This document shows, piece by piece, positions 55,862 to 64,000 of a stretch of 64,000 nucleotides of DNA (position 1 is its first letter; each line of letters starts with the position of its first letter). Position numbers and translations under genes: made by a program. The notes beneath the pieces are model-generated. The model saw only the letters and a list, made by a program, of their open reading frames with translations. It ran no database searches and was not told where the DNA came from. Origin of the DNA: Deltaproteobacteria bacterium (GTDB lineage Bacteria > Myxococcota > JACRCW01); the NCBI GenBank assembly GCA_016218805.1, contig JACRCW010000161.1, positions 1 to 64,000 on the forward strand, in the 5' to 3' direction.

Positions 55862-56917
55862 ATGGACGAGGAACAACAGAACGCTGCGTACACCGCAGCG
55901 GCGTGGGACCTGGGGGCGCCCCCGAGCGTGGAGCCCATCCCCGGCGGACTCATCAACCGCACCTACCTGGTGACGGCGGGCCCGCGCCGCGCGGTGCTGC
56001 AGCGCGTGAACGCCATCTTCAAGCCCGCCGTGCACCGCGACATTGACGCCATCACCGCGCACCTGGAGGCGGGCGGGATGCGCACACCGCGGCTGCTGCC
56101 CACGCGCGCGGGCGCGCTGTGGCATGAGTCCGCCGACGGCACCGTGTGGCGGATGCTCACCTGGCTGGAGGGCCGCGTCGTTGACAAGGTGGGTTCGCCC
56201 GCGCTGGCCACGGCCGCCGGCGCGCTGGTGGCGCGGTTCCACCGCGTGGTGTCCACCCTGCAGCACGCCTTCCACTTCAGCCGTCCCGGTGCGCATGACA
56301 CGCCGGCGCACATGGCGCGGCTGGAGCGTGCGCTGGCGGAGCACACCGGGCATGCGCAGTACGCGCGCGTGGCCCCGCTGGCCGAAGCAATCCTGGACGA
56401 GTGGCGCCACCTGGAGCGCCTCCCCGTCCTGCCCACGCGCATCATCCACGGCGACCTGAAGATCTCCAACCTGCTGTTCAACGCCGCGCTCGACGAGGGA
56501 ATTGCGCTGCTGGACCTGGACACCATGGCGCACGGGGTGATCCCCGTGGAACTGGGGGACGCGTTCCGGTCATGGTGCAACCCCGCGGGTGAAGACGCGG
56601 AAGCGGCGCGCGTGCAGCCGGAGCTGTTTGCCGCGGCGGTGGCGGGCTACGCGCGCGCGGCCCAGGGGTTGCTCACGCCCGACGAGGCGGCCGGACTGGT
56701 GCTGGGTACGCAGACCATTGCGCTGGAGTTGTCCGCGCGCTTCTGCGCGGATGCGCTGCTGGAGACGTACTTTGGGTGGAACAGCCGCAAGTACGCCACG
56801 CGCAGCGAACACAACCGGGTCCGCGCCACCAGCCAGCTGGCGGTCAGCCGGAGCGCCGGGGCGCAGCGCGCCGCGCTGGAGTCCGCAACCCGGGTTGCTC
56901 TTTCCGCGGTCCGGTGA
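55862..56917 (+). CDS. Aminoglycoside phosphotransferase-like sugar kinase
   Basis: GLINRTY, LQRVN, IIHGDLKISN, LDLDT, GDAFRSWCN. Confidence 0.85.
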   Translation: MDEEQQNAAYTAAAWDLGAPPSVEPIPGGLINRTYLVTAGPRRAVLQRVNAIFKPAVHRDIDAITAHLEAGGMRTPRLLPTRAGALWHESADGTVWRMLTWLEGRVVDKVGSPALATAAGALVARFHRVVSTLQHAFHFSRPGAHDTPAHMARLERALAEHTGHAQYARVAPLAEAILDEWRHLERLPVLPTRIIHGDLKISNLLFNAALDEGIALLDLDTMAHGVIPVELGDAFRSWCNPAGEDAEAARVQPELFAAAVAGYARAAQGLLTPDEAAGLVLGTQTIALELSARFCADALLETYFGWNSRKYATRSEHNRVRATSQLAVSRSAGAQRAALESATRVALSAVR

Positions 56918-57016
56918 CGACGTCACCCCTGCGCTCCTCCGCCACCTGCCGGATGGACGGGTGGACGATGCCCAGCGCGCCGCTCCGGGGGTACGACATG
57001 TGTGGCGGAGGTGTTT

Positions 57017-59152
57017 ATGCGTCCCACATGGTTCAGTGCGTGGTTGTTGGCGGCGGTGGTGGTTCCCAGCGCGGCGCGGGCGGCGGTGGGTGACAACACG
57101 GTGGGCGTGAACATCCACGTGGGTTACCCGTCATTCATTGCGGCGGCGGCGGACCTGGGCGTGGCGTGGGTGCGCGTGGATGGGAACTGGGACGCGCTCA
57201 ACCCGGCCAACGGTTCCTACAACTGGGGCTGGATGGATGAGACGGTGAACCGCGCCCACGCGGCCGGTCTCAAGGTGTTCATGTCGTTGGGGTATGGGCC
57301 CGCGTGGGTGCCGCGGCACGGGGACACCGACGGGCGCGCGGGCAATGACGTGCCGGACAGCAGCGCGGAGTGGGCGGCGTTTGTGACCGCGGCGGTGCAG
57401 CACTACCGGGCGCTGGGCGTGACGCACTTTGGGCTGTGGAATGAGGCCAACCTGGAGAGTTTCTTTGAGGGCACACCGCAGGAGTACGTGGACCTCATTG
57501 CGGTGCCGGGGGCGGCGGCCCTCCGCGCGGCGTGCGCGGACTGCAAGGTGCTGGGCCCGGAGGCCGCCAACGTGGGCGAGTGCGACGACTGGCTGGAAGC
57601 GGTGCTCACGCGCGCGCCGATCACGACGTGGGACATCATCACCCACCACAGCTACAACGGGTTTGCGGACATGGGGACCAACATCTGGGACGGGGACACG
57701 TTTATCAACGCGTTGGAGGAGCAGCGGTTCTTCTTCACGCGGCGCTCGCTGCGGCAGATCCTGGACCTGGCCGGATGGAACGGCGAAGTGTGGATCACGG
57801 AGACCGGCTACCGCGCCAACCCGATTGGCGACGCGGGCGAGGAGGGGCGGCAGGCGACGTACGTGCGGCGCGTGCTGGAGGAGCAGTTGGCGCGGGCCTG
57901 GTACACCAACACGTTCTTCTACGAGATTGAGGACTGCGGACCCGCCCAGCCCGCGTGCGACATTGACGGGTTTGGGCTCATGCACGCGACCTCCAGCGGT
58001 GACGAGGGCACCAAGACGTTCCCGGGCGACTACCGGCGCAAGCCCGCGTTCCAGGCCATCAAGGATTTCATTGCCGCGCACCCGGCCATCACCGGGCAGA
58101 CGCCGCCGCCGCAGTGTGGCGACGGCGACGACAACGACGGGGACGGCCGCACCGACGGGGCGGACCGCGGGTGCTCCGGCGCGCTGGATGACAATGAGGC
58201 GGATGACCCGCCGCGCCGCACGCTGTCCGCGTACGTGACGCCGGGGCTCAACGTGGACGGCGAGTTCACCGACTGGGGCGCGGAGGGTTGGGTGACGCTG
58301 GGGGCGGCGGACTGGCATGGCACGGAGCCGCTGGGCGCGGGGGACCAGGAGGTGCGTGTGGCGGCGCGGTGGTCCTCCGCAGGGTTGGCGCTGGCGTTGG
58401 AGGTCACGGATGACACGCAGGAGAACGGCCACGCGGACGCGGACCTGTGGCAGGGTGACAGCGTGCAGCTGGCGTTTGACACGGGGCGCAACGGTGGCAC
58501 GGGATACGACGCCACCGACGACCACGAGATCAATTTCGCGCGGGTGGCGGGGCAGCCGCGCAGCTACCGCTTCAAGGGCCCGGCGGGCGCCACGTCGGAC
58601 TGGCAGTTCGCGGTGCAGCGCGCGGGCACCGTCACCCGGTACGAAATACAACTACCGCCGCCCGCCGTGCCGGGCCTCCCCACCAGCGCGGGGAACGAGA
58701 CGGGGTTCTCGTTCCTGGTCAATGACGCCGATGGATCGGGGCGCGCGGGCTGGACGGAATGGACGGCGGGCATTGGTGTGGGGAAGGTGCCGGAGTTGTT
58801 CGGGCGCATCCACTACGAGTCGCAGTCCGCCGGCGGCGGCGTCGCCTCGTCCAGCGGACCGGCGCCGCAGTCGTCGTCCTCGGTGGCGGGCGCGTCCTCG
58901 TCCGCGGGCGGTGGCGGGAGCAGCGCGGCGGTGGGCACGTCCTCCACCGCCGGCGGAGGGAGCTCGGGAACCGCGCCAGGCTCGTCCGCGGCGGGGGTGA
59001 GCGGCGGTGGCGCGGGCAGGGCGTCGTCGGGTGACGCGTCAGATGACGTGCCGCCGGATGCGTGCGCGTGCAGCGACGTTCCACGCCGCACGCCGCTGGC
59101 GGGGCTGGTCCTGCTGGGCGCGCTCGCGACGTTCCGGCGGCGGCGGCACTGA
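57017..59152 (+). CDS. Clan GH-A glycoside hydrolase with CBM9-like domain and MYXO-CTERM-like tail
   Basis: Signal peptide; WNEAN and WITETG catalytic Glu motifs; DGDDNDGDG Ca-loop; GDSVQLAFD/GFSFLVND CBM9-like region; Ser/Gly linker; CAC..TM..RRRRH. Confidence 0.85.
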   Translation: MRPTWFSAWLLAAVVVPSAARAAVGDNTVGVNIHVGYPSFIAAAADLGVAWVRVDGNWDALNPANGSYNWGWMDETVNRAHAAGLKVFMSLGYGPAWVPRHGDTDGRAGNDVPDSSAEWAAFVTAAVQHYRALGVTHFGLWNEANLESFFEGTPQEYVDLIAVPGAAALRAACADCKVLGPEAANVGECDDWLEAVLTRAPITTWDIITHHSYNGFADMGTNIWDGDTFINALEEQRFFFTRRSLRQILDLAGWNGEVWITETGYRANPIGDAGEEGRQATYVRRVLEEQLARAWYTNTFFYEIEDCGPAQPACDIDGFGLMHATSSGDEGTKTFPGDYRRKPAFQAIKDFIAAHPAITGQTPPPQCGDGDDNDGDGRTDGADRGCSGALDDNEADDPPRRTLSAYVTPGLNVDGEFTDWGAEGWVTLGAADWHGTEPLGAGDQEVRVAARWSSAGLALALEVTDDTQENGHADADLWQGDSVQLAFDTGRNGGTGYDATDDHEINFARVAGQPRSYRFKGPAGATSDWQFAVQRAGTVTRYEIQLPPPAVPGLPTSAGNETGFSFLVNDADGSGRAGWTEWTAGIGVGKVPELFGRIHYESQSAGGGVASSSGPAPQSSSSVAGASSSAGGGGSSAAVGTSSTAGGGSSGTAPGSSAAGVSGGGAGRASSGDASDDVPPDACACSDVPRRTPLAGLVLLGALATFRRRRH

Positions 59153-59207
59153 CTTGTGGGGGATGTCGGGCGGCGGCTAGCGTCGGCCCACCTCAACGGA
59201 GGTGGGC

Positions 59208-61115
59208 ATGAGTCCACGTCGGGTAGCGTTGTTCATCGCGTCGGCATGGCTGAGCGCCTGTCCCCTCCCCGCCAGCGAATGCGCCGACGGCGGCACCGAC
59301 TGCGCAGACGGCGGTGCCGCGCACGGGAGCACCGGTGACGTGGGGCAGGCGTGTTCGCCCGGTGGCAGCGGTTGCACCAACGTCTGCCTGGAGCTGCAGA
59401 GCGGCGCGGGGGTGTGCATTGACACGTGTGGTCCGCAGGGCCGCGTGGACTGCCCGTCCGGTTACGTGTGCAATACGCGCCCGCTGGACAGCGGGGACAC
59501 CGTGGACATCTGCCTGCCCAATGGCAGCTGCGGCAGCCTCACCTACCAGGGCTATTGTGACGGGGCCACGCTGCATTACTGCGGCAATGAGGGCCCGCTC
59601 GTCGTGGATTGCGCGCAGGTCACCGGACAGAACGGGCAGGCCATGCAGTGCGCGGTGGTGAACCCGTCCATTGGCAGCAACTGCGTGTCCAGCGAGTTCA
59701 GCAGCGGCTGTGGTGCGGAGACGGAGAACGGGCGGTGTGACGGCAACGCCGTGGTGTTCTGCCAGTCGCTGGCCAGCGGCAATGTGGTGCGGCAGGACTG
59801 CACCGGCGGGCAGCAGTGCGTGGTGTCCCCGGACGGGCATGCCGGGTGCGTGACGTCGGGTGCCACCGGCTGCGGGAGCGTCACCTACCAGGGCTACTGC
59901 GAAGGCGCGACGCTGGTCTACTGCCTCAACGACAACGTGACCCGCCTGGATTGCACCAACGGCCGGGAGTGCGCGTTTGTGAGCAATGAGATCGGGTACG
60001 ACTGCGTGCAGCCCATCACGGCGGGTACGGGGAGCAAGCGCGCGCGGGGGAGTTTCTCGTTTGAGAAGCGGCCTCTGACGCTCAGCGGGTTGGGCTCGGT
60101 CCAGCAGCACCCGGTGCGCCAGGCCATCGTGCGGGTGCTGCGGTCGTCGGACAACCAGATTCTGTCGTCGGGATACACCGGGACGGATGGCCGGTTTGAC
60201 CTGCTGTTTGAGGAAACCGGTGAGGTGTACGTGGCGGTGTTTGCCGCGGCGGACAATGACCAGTTTGCCGTGGCGGTGCGGGATTGCCCGCTGGATGACT
60301 GCGGCGGCGCTGGCAACGTGTACGCCATCCGCTCCGCGGGTTTCACGCCGTCCGCGGACACGGACGTGGGCGGCCTGCTGGTGGGCGAGGCCAACGGGGC
60401 GGGCGCCTTCAACGTGTTTGACGTCTTTGTGACGGGGCAGGCGTACGCCACGCAGAACTACGGCCAGCGGCCCCCGGCGCTGACCGCGCAATGGAGCCGC
60501 GGGTCCAACACGCGCTGCAACACGTCCTGTTTCTCCGGCCGCAGCAACACCATCTACGTGCTCTCCACGTCGGAAGACACGGACGAGTACGACGACCCGG
60601 TGCTGCTGCACGAGTTCGGGCACTACATGGAGTCCGCGTTCTCGCATTCGGACAGCCCTGGCGGCGCGCATGACGGCAGCCCCACGGACCCGCGCCTGGC
60701 GTGGGGCGAGGGCTACGGCACCTGGGTGGGCTGCTCCATTGCGGGTTCACCGCTGTACGTGGACTCGCGGCCGGGTGGCGCTTCCGTCACCGACGTCAGC
60801 GACACGGGAATCCACGCCAGCGGCGGCGGTGGCATGCTGCAGTTGATGAGCGAGTACACCGTCTCCGAGGCGCTGTGGCACCTGTCCGTCTCCCACAACG
60901 GCACGCAGGGCACGGGCACGCAGCCCGTGTTTGACGTCCTGGGCCACTACTTCACCGGCGGGTCGTTCCAGGACCGCGGCGTGGGCGGGGTGGATTTCGT
61001 GGACTTCCTGGACGGCTGGTATTGCCGCGCCCACGGCAATGATGCGTACGTACGCTCCGTCGTCAGCTACGTCTCCTTCCCGTACGACTACAACGGCCCC
61101 ACCTCCTGCCCGTGA
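59208..61115 (+). CDS. Cys-rich lipoprotein metallopeptidase
   Basis: Lipobox LSAC; Cys repeats; D..VLLHEFGHY and AWGEG (gluzincin-like). Confidence 0.8.
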   Translation: MSPRRVALFIASAWLSACPLPASECADGGTDCADGGAAHGSTGDVGQACSPGGSGCTNVCLELQSGAGVCIDTCGPQGRVDCPSGYVCNTRPLDSGDTVDICLPNGSCGSLTYQGYCDGATLHYCGNEGPLVVDCAQVTGQNGQAMQCAVVNPSIGSNCVSSEFSSGCGAETENGRCDGNAVVFCQSLASGNVVRQDCTGGQQCVVSPDGHAGCVTSGATGCGSVTYQGYCEGATLVYCLNDNVTRLDCTNGRECAFVSNEIGYDCVQPITAGTGSKRARGSFSFEKRPLTLSGLGSVQQHPVRQAIVRVLRSSDNQILSSGYTGTDGRFDLLFEETGEVYVAVFAAADNDQFAVAVRDCPLDDCGGAGNVYAIRSAGFTPSADTDVGGLLVGEANGAGAFNVFDVFVTGQAYATQNYGQRPPALTAQWSRGSNTRCNTSCFSGRSNTIYVLSTSEDTDEYDDPVLLHEFGHYMESAFSHSDSPGGAHDGSPTDPRLAWGEGYGTWVGCSIAGSPLYVDSRPGGASVTDVSDTGIHASGGGGMLQLMSEYTVSEALWHLSVSHNGTQGTGTQPVFDVLGHYFTGGSFQDRGVGGVDFVDFLDGWYCRAHGNDAYVRSVVSYVSFPYDYNGPTSCP

Positions 61116-61618
61116 GCACACCCACCATGCGCCACCTCACTGCCGCCCTGCTCCTCCCCGCGCTGTTGGCCTGCTCGTCCGGCAGCAGCAGCACGCGCTC
61201 CTCCCCGCCTTCCGCGGTCCAGAACAAGGCGGAGGCGCCCCTGGACCTGGTGTTGTCCACCGCATCCGTGGGTGACGGTGAAGTGCAGGTCGCCCTGGTC
61301 ATCCGCGCGCGCGCCGATGTCCCGCGCGCGGTGGCGCGCTTTGTCCCGCCGGAGGGGTGCACGCTCAAGGACGGCGCGGTGGAGACGGACCTGGGCGCGC
61401 TGCACGCCGGTGAGGAACGCACCCTGGTGGCCACGCTGCGGGTCCCGGCCCGCGAGGGGCTGGTGCTGGCCGCCGGCGTGGATGTGCACCTGGCCACGGG
61501 CGTGAAGCTCAACGCATCCCGCACGGCGGCGCTGGGCGCGGCCGCACCCGCCGCACCGGCAGGCAAGGTCATCCAACTGCCCAACGGCGAATCCGTCCGC
61601 ATGCAGAACGCGCAATGA
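61112..61618 (+). CDS. Lipoprotein with Ig-like fold
   Basis: Lipobox LLAC; GTGA overlap with the peptidase. Confidence 0.7.
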   Translation: MSTPTMRHLTAALLLPALLACSSGSSSTRSSPPSAVQNKAEAPLDLVLSTASVGDGEVQVALVIRARADVPRAVARFVPPEGCTLKDGAVETDLGALHAGEERTLVATLRVPAREGLVLAAGVDVHLATGVKLNASRTAALGAAAPAAPAGKVIQLPNGESVRMQNAQ

Positions 61619-61778
61619 CCGCCCGGTCAGTGTGACCCACCAGTCAGATTCCTCGTCGAGGTCTGGGCCGGAAGCGATGCCGCGCCGCGGCACGGCAGGC
61701 CTTGTGGATCACGTGCCGGCGGTGGATGGTCAACGCCGCTTGACGTGGCGCGGGGGACGCGCCGGACGGGGTGCACGG

Positions 61779-62324
61779 ATGCACGGTGTGGATGTGGCGG
61801 GCCTCCTGGCGGAGCTCCGGGGGCATTTTGGGCGCGCCAACGCGTCCAAGTTTGACGGGGGCGTTCCGCAGGCCACGGTGGTGGTGAACCCGCGGTTGCG
61901 CGCGCTGGTGGGGCGCGTGGTGTTTGCTGAGCGGCGCATTGAGCTCAGCGGATATCACCTGGCGCAGGAGTACGCGCGGCACGTGGCGTTCAAGACGCTG
62001 GAGCATGAGATGCTCCACCTGTGGCTGGACGCGCGCGGCCTGCCGTCCGGACACACGTCGCTGTTCAAGGAGATGGCGCGTGACCGGGCCATCCCGGTAT
62101 GGCACGCGCTGCCCTACCCCAAGAACCAGTTCCGCCCGCGCACGCACGTCTATGAATGTCCCGCGTGCGAACGCCGCGTGGAGCGCGCGCGCCGCCTCAG
62201 CCTCACGCAGCGCAGCGCATGCGGCGCGTGCTGCCGGTTGCACAACGGTGGCCGGTTTGATGAGCGGTTCGTGATGCGGTGGGTGGAGACGGTGGAGCCG
62301 CTGCCGCTGCGGCGGGTGGCCTGA
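61779..62324 (+). CDS. SprT-like metalloprotease
   Basis: NPRL...GR, TLEHEMLH, GH...FK, YECPAC...CGAC. Confidence 0.85.
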   Translation: MHGVDVAGLLAELRGHFGRANASKFDGGVPQATVVVNPRLRALVGRVVFAERRIELSGYHLAQEYARHVAFKTLEHEMLHLWLDARGLPSGHTSLFKEMARDRAIPVWHALPYPKNQFRPRTHVYECPACERRVERARRLSLTQRSACGACCRLHNGGRFDERFVMRWVETVEPLPLRRVA

Positions 62325-62331
62325 GGGACGG

Positions 62332-63156
62332 TCAGTCCTCGTCGGCGGCGGGGGGATCTCCCAGCACCACCGCCTGGATGGACAGGTTCACGTAGCCCAG
62401 CGTCATCAGCGCCCACACCAGGAACGCGCCGGGGATTGCCACGTCCATGGCGTCCAGGAACGCGTTGGCCAGCAGGGCGGGGGTCATGGCCACGGCGGTC
62501 AGGCGCATGGCCACGTCATACGTGAGCCCCATGTCCAGGCGCGCGGCCAGCATGCGCGTGATGAAGCCCATGATGGCCGCCTGCAGCACGTGCAGCAGCC
62601 AGCCCAGCACCACGGCCAGCAGGAAGAACATGACCGCGCCCCAGTTGCGCAGCAGGAGCATGGCGGCGGTGACCAGCGGCCCGTCCACGGACATGCCTTC
62701 CAGCGGGGCCAGCGGGGTGGACTCCACGGTGCCGTCCGGCTGCCGTGTGAGCACGTGGTCCTTGAGCAGGAGCATCCGCACGGAGGACCCATCCAGCGTC
62801 GTGAGCGTCCCGGTGGTGTCCACCACGATCACCGGCGTGGCATCGTCTCCTGCGCCCTCCTGCAGCAGCGTGAGCGGTTGGGTGGCCTCCAGGCGCAGCT
62901 GGCCGCCCTCCACCCGCAGCGGCGGTATGCGGGAGACCTGGGCCAGCACGTCATCCGTGATGCCGGCCCGCGCAGCCACGTGGACGCGCAGCGCCTGGGG
63001 CAGCGTCACCAGCGCCGCCACCAGCAACAGGTAGGCGGCGCCGTAGCCCCGCCAGTGGTGCGCCACGTCCCGGTAAAGCGGCCGCGAGTAGAACGCCAGG
63101 ATGGGCGCGTGCAGGAACGCGTACTCGCGCTGCGGCGTGGGGGCGGGGGCGGTCAT
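62332..63156 (-). CDS. DUF1189-like membrane protein
   Basis: AFYS..LYRDVA..WRG....YL; periplasmic domain; RLTAVAMTP TM region. Confidence 0.7.
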   Translation of the reverse strand: MTAPAPTPQREYAFLHAPILAFYSRPLYRDVAHHWRGYGAAYLLLVAALVTLPQALRVHVAARAGITDDVLAQVSRIPPLRVEGGQLRLEATQPLTLLQEGAGDDATPVIVVDTTGTLTTLDGSSVRMLLLKDHVLTRQPDGTVESTPLAPLEGMSVDGPLVTAAMLLLRNWGAVMFFLLAVVLGWLLHVLQAAIMGFITRMLAARLDMGLTYDVAMRLTAVAMTPALLANAFLDAMDVAIPGAFLVWALMTLGYVNLSIQAVVLGDPPAADED

Positions 63157-63830
63157 GCCGGGCTCCCGGTGCGCCGGAACAGCAGGCGCCAGATGCGGTG
63201 GCCGCGTGCGGCGTGGTCCGCTTCGCGGCCGCTGCGCGCGCCCAGGACCGCGTGCGGCGCGTACCGTCCCGGGCCCATTTCATTGCGCAACCCGTCGGTA
63301 GCGGTGAGCAGCTCCATGATCTCGGCCGCCAGCATCTGCTGGTCGGTGGCGACGTGCAGCAAGCCGCCCGGGCGCAGCACCCGCACCAGCAGGCCGCGCG
63401 TGGTGGCGTTGATGATGCGCCGCTTGTGGTGGCGCTTCTTGAACCACGGATCCGGGAAGTAGACCACAACGTGGCGCAGGCTGGCGGGGGCCAGCCATTC
63501 GCGCAGGCACAGGGTGCCCTCCGCGTGCAGGAAGTGCAGGTGCGGCAGCGGGCGGTCCAGGCGGGCCAGCGCTTCCCGGCAGCGCTCCACGTAGGCCCAG
63601 CGCACGTCAATCCCCAGGATGCGCGCGGAGGGACGCATGGCTGCGCGGGCCAGCAGCAGCTCCCCCAGCCCAAAGCCAATCTCCAGCTCCTCCGGCGGCC
63701 CGCCCATCACGGCGTGCCAGTCCGGCGGCTCCCGCGCCCCCTGGAAGGCCAGCGGGTTGGTGTGTTGCCGCAAGCGGCGGGGCCGCGGACGGCTTTCGCG
63801 CGGGTCCGGGCGGGCAACGGGAAGGCTCAT
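63153..63830 (-). CDS. trmB: tRNA (guanine-N7)-methyltransferase
   Basis: RLRQHTNP, LEIGFGLG, YFPDPWFKKRHHKRR, VATD. Confidence 0.93.
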   Translation of the reverse strand: MSLPVARPDPRESRPRPRRLRQHTNPLAFQGAREPPDWHAVMGGPPEELEIGFGLGELLLARAAMRPSARILGIDVRWAYVERCREALARLDRPLPHLHFLHAEGTLCLREWLAPASLRHVVVYFPDPWFKKRHHKRRIINATTRGLLVRVLRPGGLLHVATDQQMLAAEIMELLTATDGLRNEMGPGRYAPHAVLGARSGREADHAARGHRIWRLLFRRTGSPA

Positions 63831-63926
63831 GGGCGCGGGCAACCTAGGCGCTTGTGCCTGTCCGCGCCACACGCGCGCTGCCCATCCTGCGCTATGGTCC
63901 CGGCCATGGCGACGGATCCGAGGGCG

Positions 63927-64000
63927 ATGCGCATGCGTGGCACAATGGGACTGCTGGTGGCGGCGGTGATGACGGCGGGATGCCCGCAGAAGGCCGAATG
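63927..64000 (+). CDS. Lipoprotein, 5' part only (runs off the window)
   Basis: GAGG RBS; MRMRGTMGLLVAAVMTAGC lipobox. Confidence 0.55.
   Translation, partial: MRMRGTMGLLVAAVMTAGCPQKAE

Overview
High-GC (about 70% by eye) bacterial chromosome segment. Gene content points to Myxococcota or a related deltaproteobacterial lineage: MXAN_5808-type S41 protease, TIGR04563-type small protein, MYXO-CTERM-like sorting tail, PP2C phosphatase and a eukaryotic-like kinase. Most of the window is housekeeping or envelope genes: kdsA-kdsC-lipid A acyltransferase, tRNA-Asn, arfB, RlmI-like methyltransferase, lexA, tamB, adenosine deaminase, mutM, rimO, trmB. The strongest observation is a gene the ORF track splits in two. 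27595..26096 (-) reads through an in-frame UGA in a C-G-U motif that is followed by a SECIS-like hairpin, giving a secreted selenoprotein with a degenerate UshA/5'-nucleotidase-like domain fused to a tetraheme cytochrome c. Other highlights: an ABC-ATPase plus TOPRIM-like candidate defence pair next to an IS91-like remnant; a compositionally foreign islet with an XRE regulator, palindromic operator and HEPN-motif protein; an excisionase-HTH/tail-fibre-like fusion; a periodic 8-Cys cationic secreted miniprotein; a degenerate PduL-like gene; tandem and inverted paralog pairs; and strong TCGA avoidance in core genes. All family calls come from motif recognition by eye, not from database searches.
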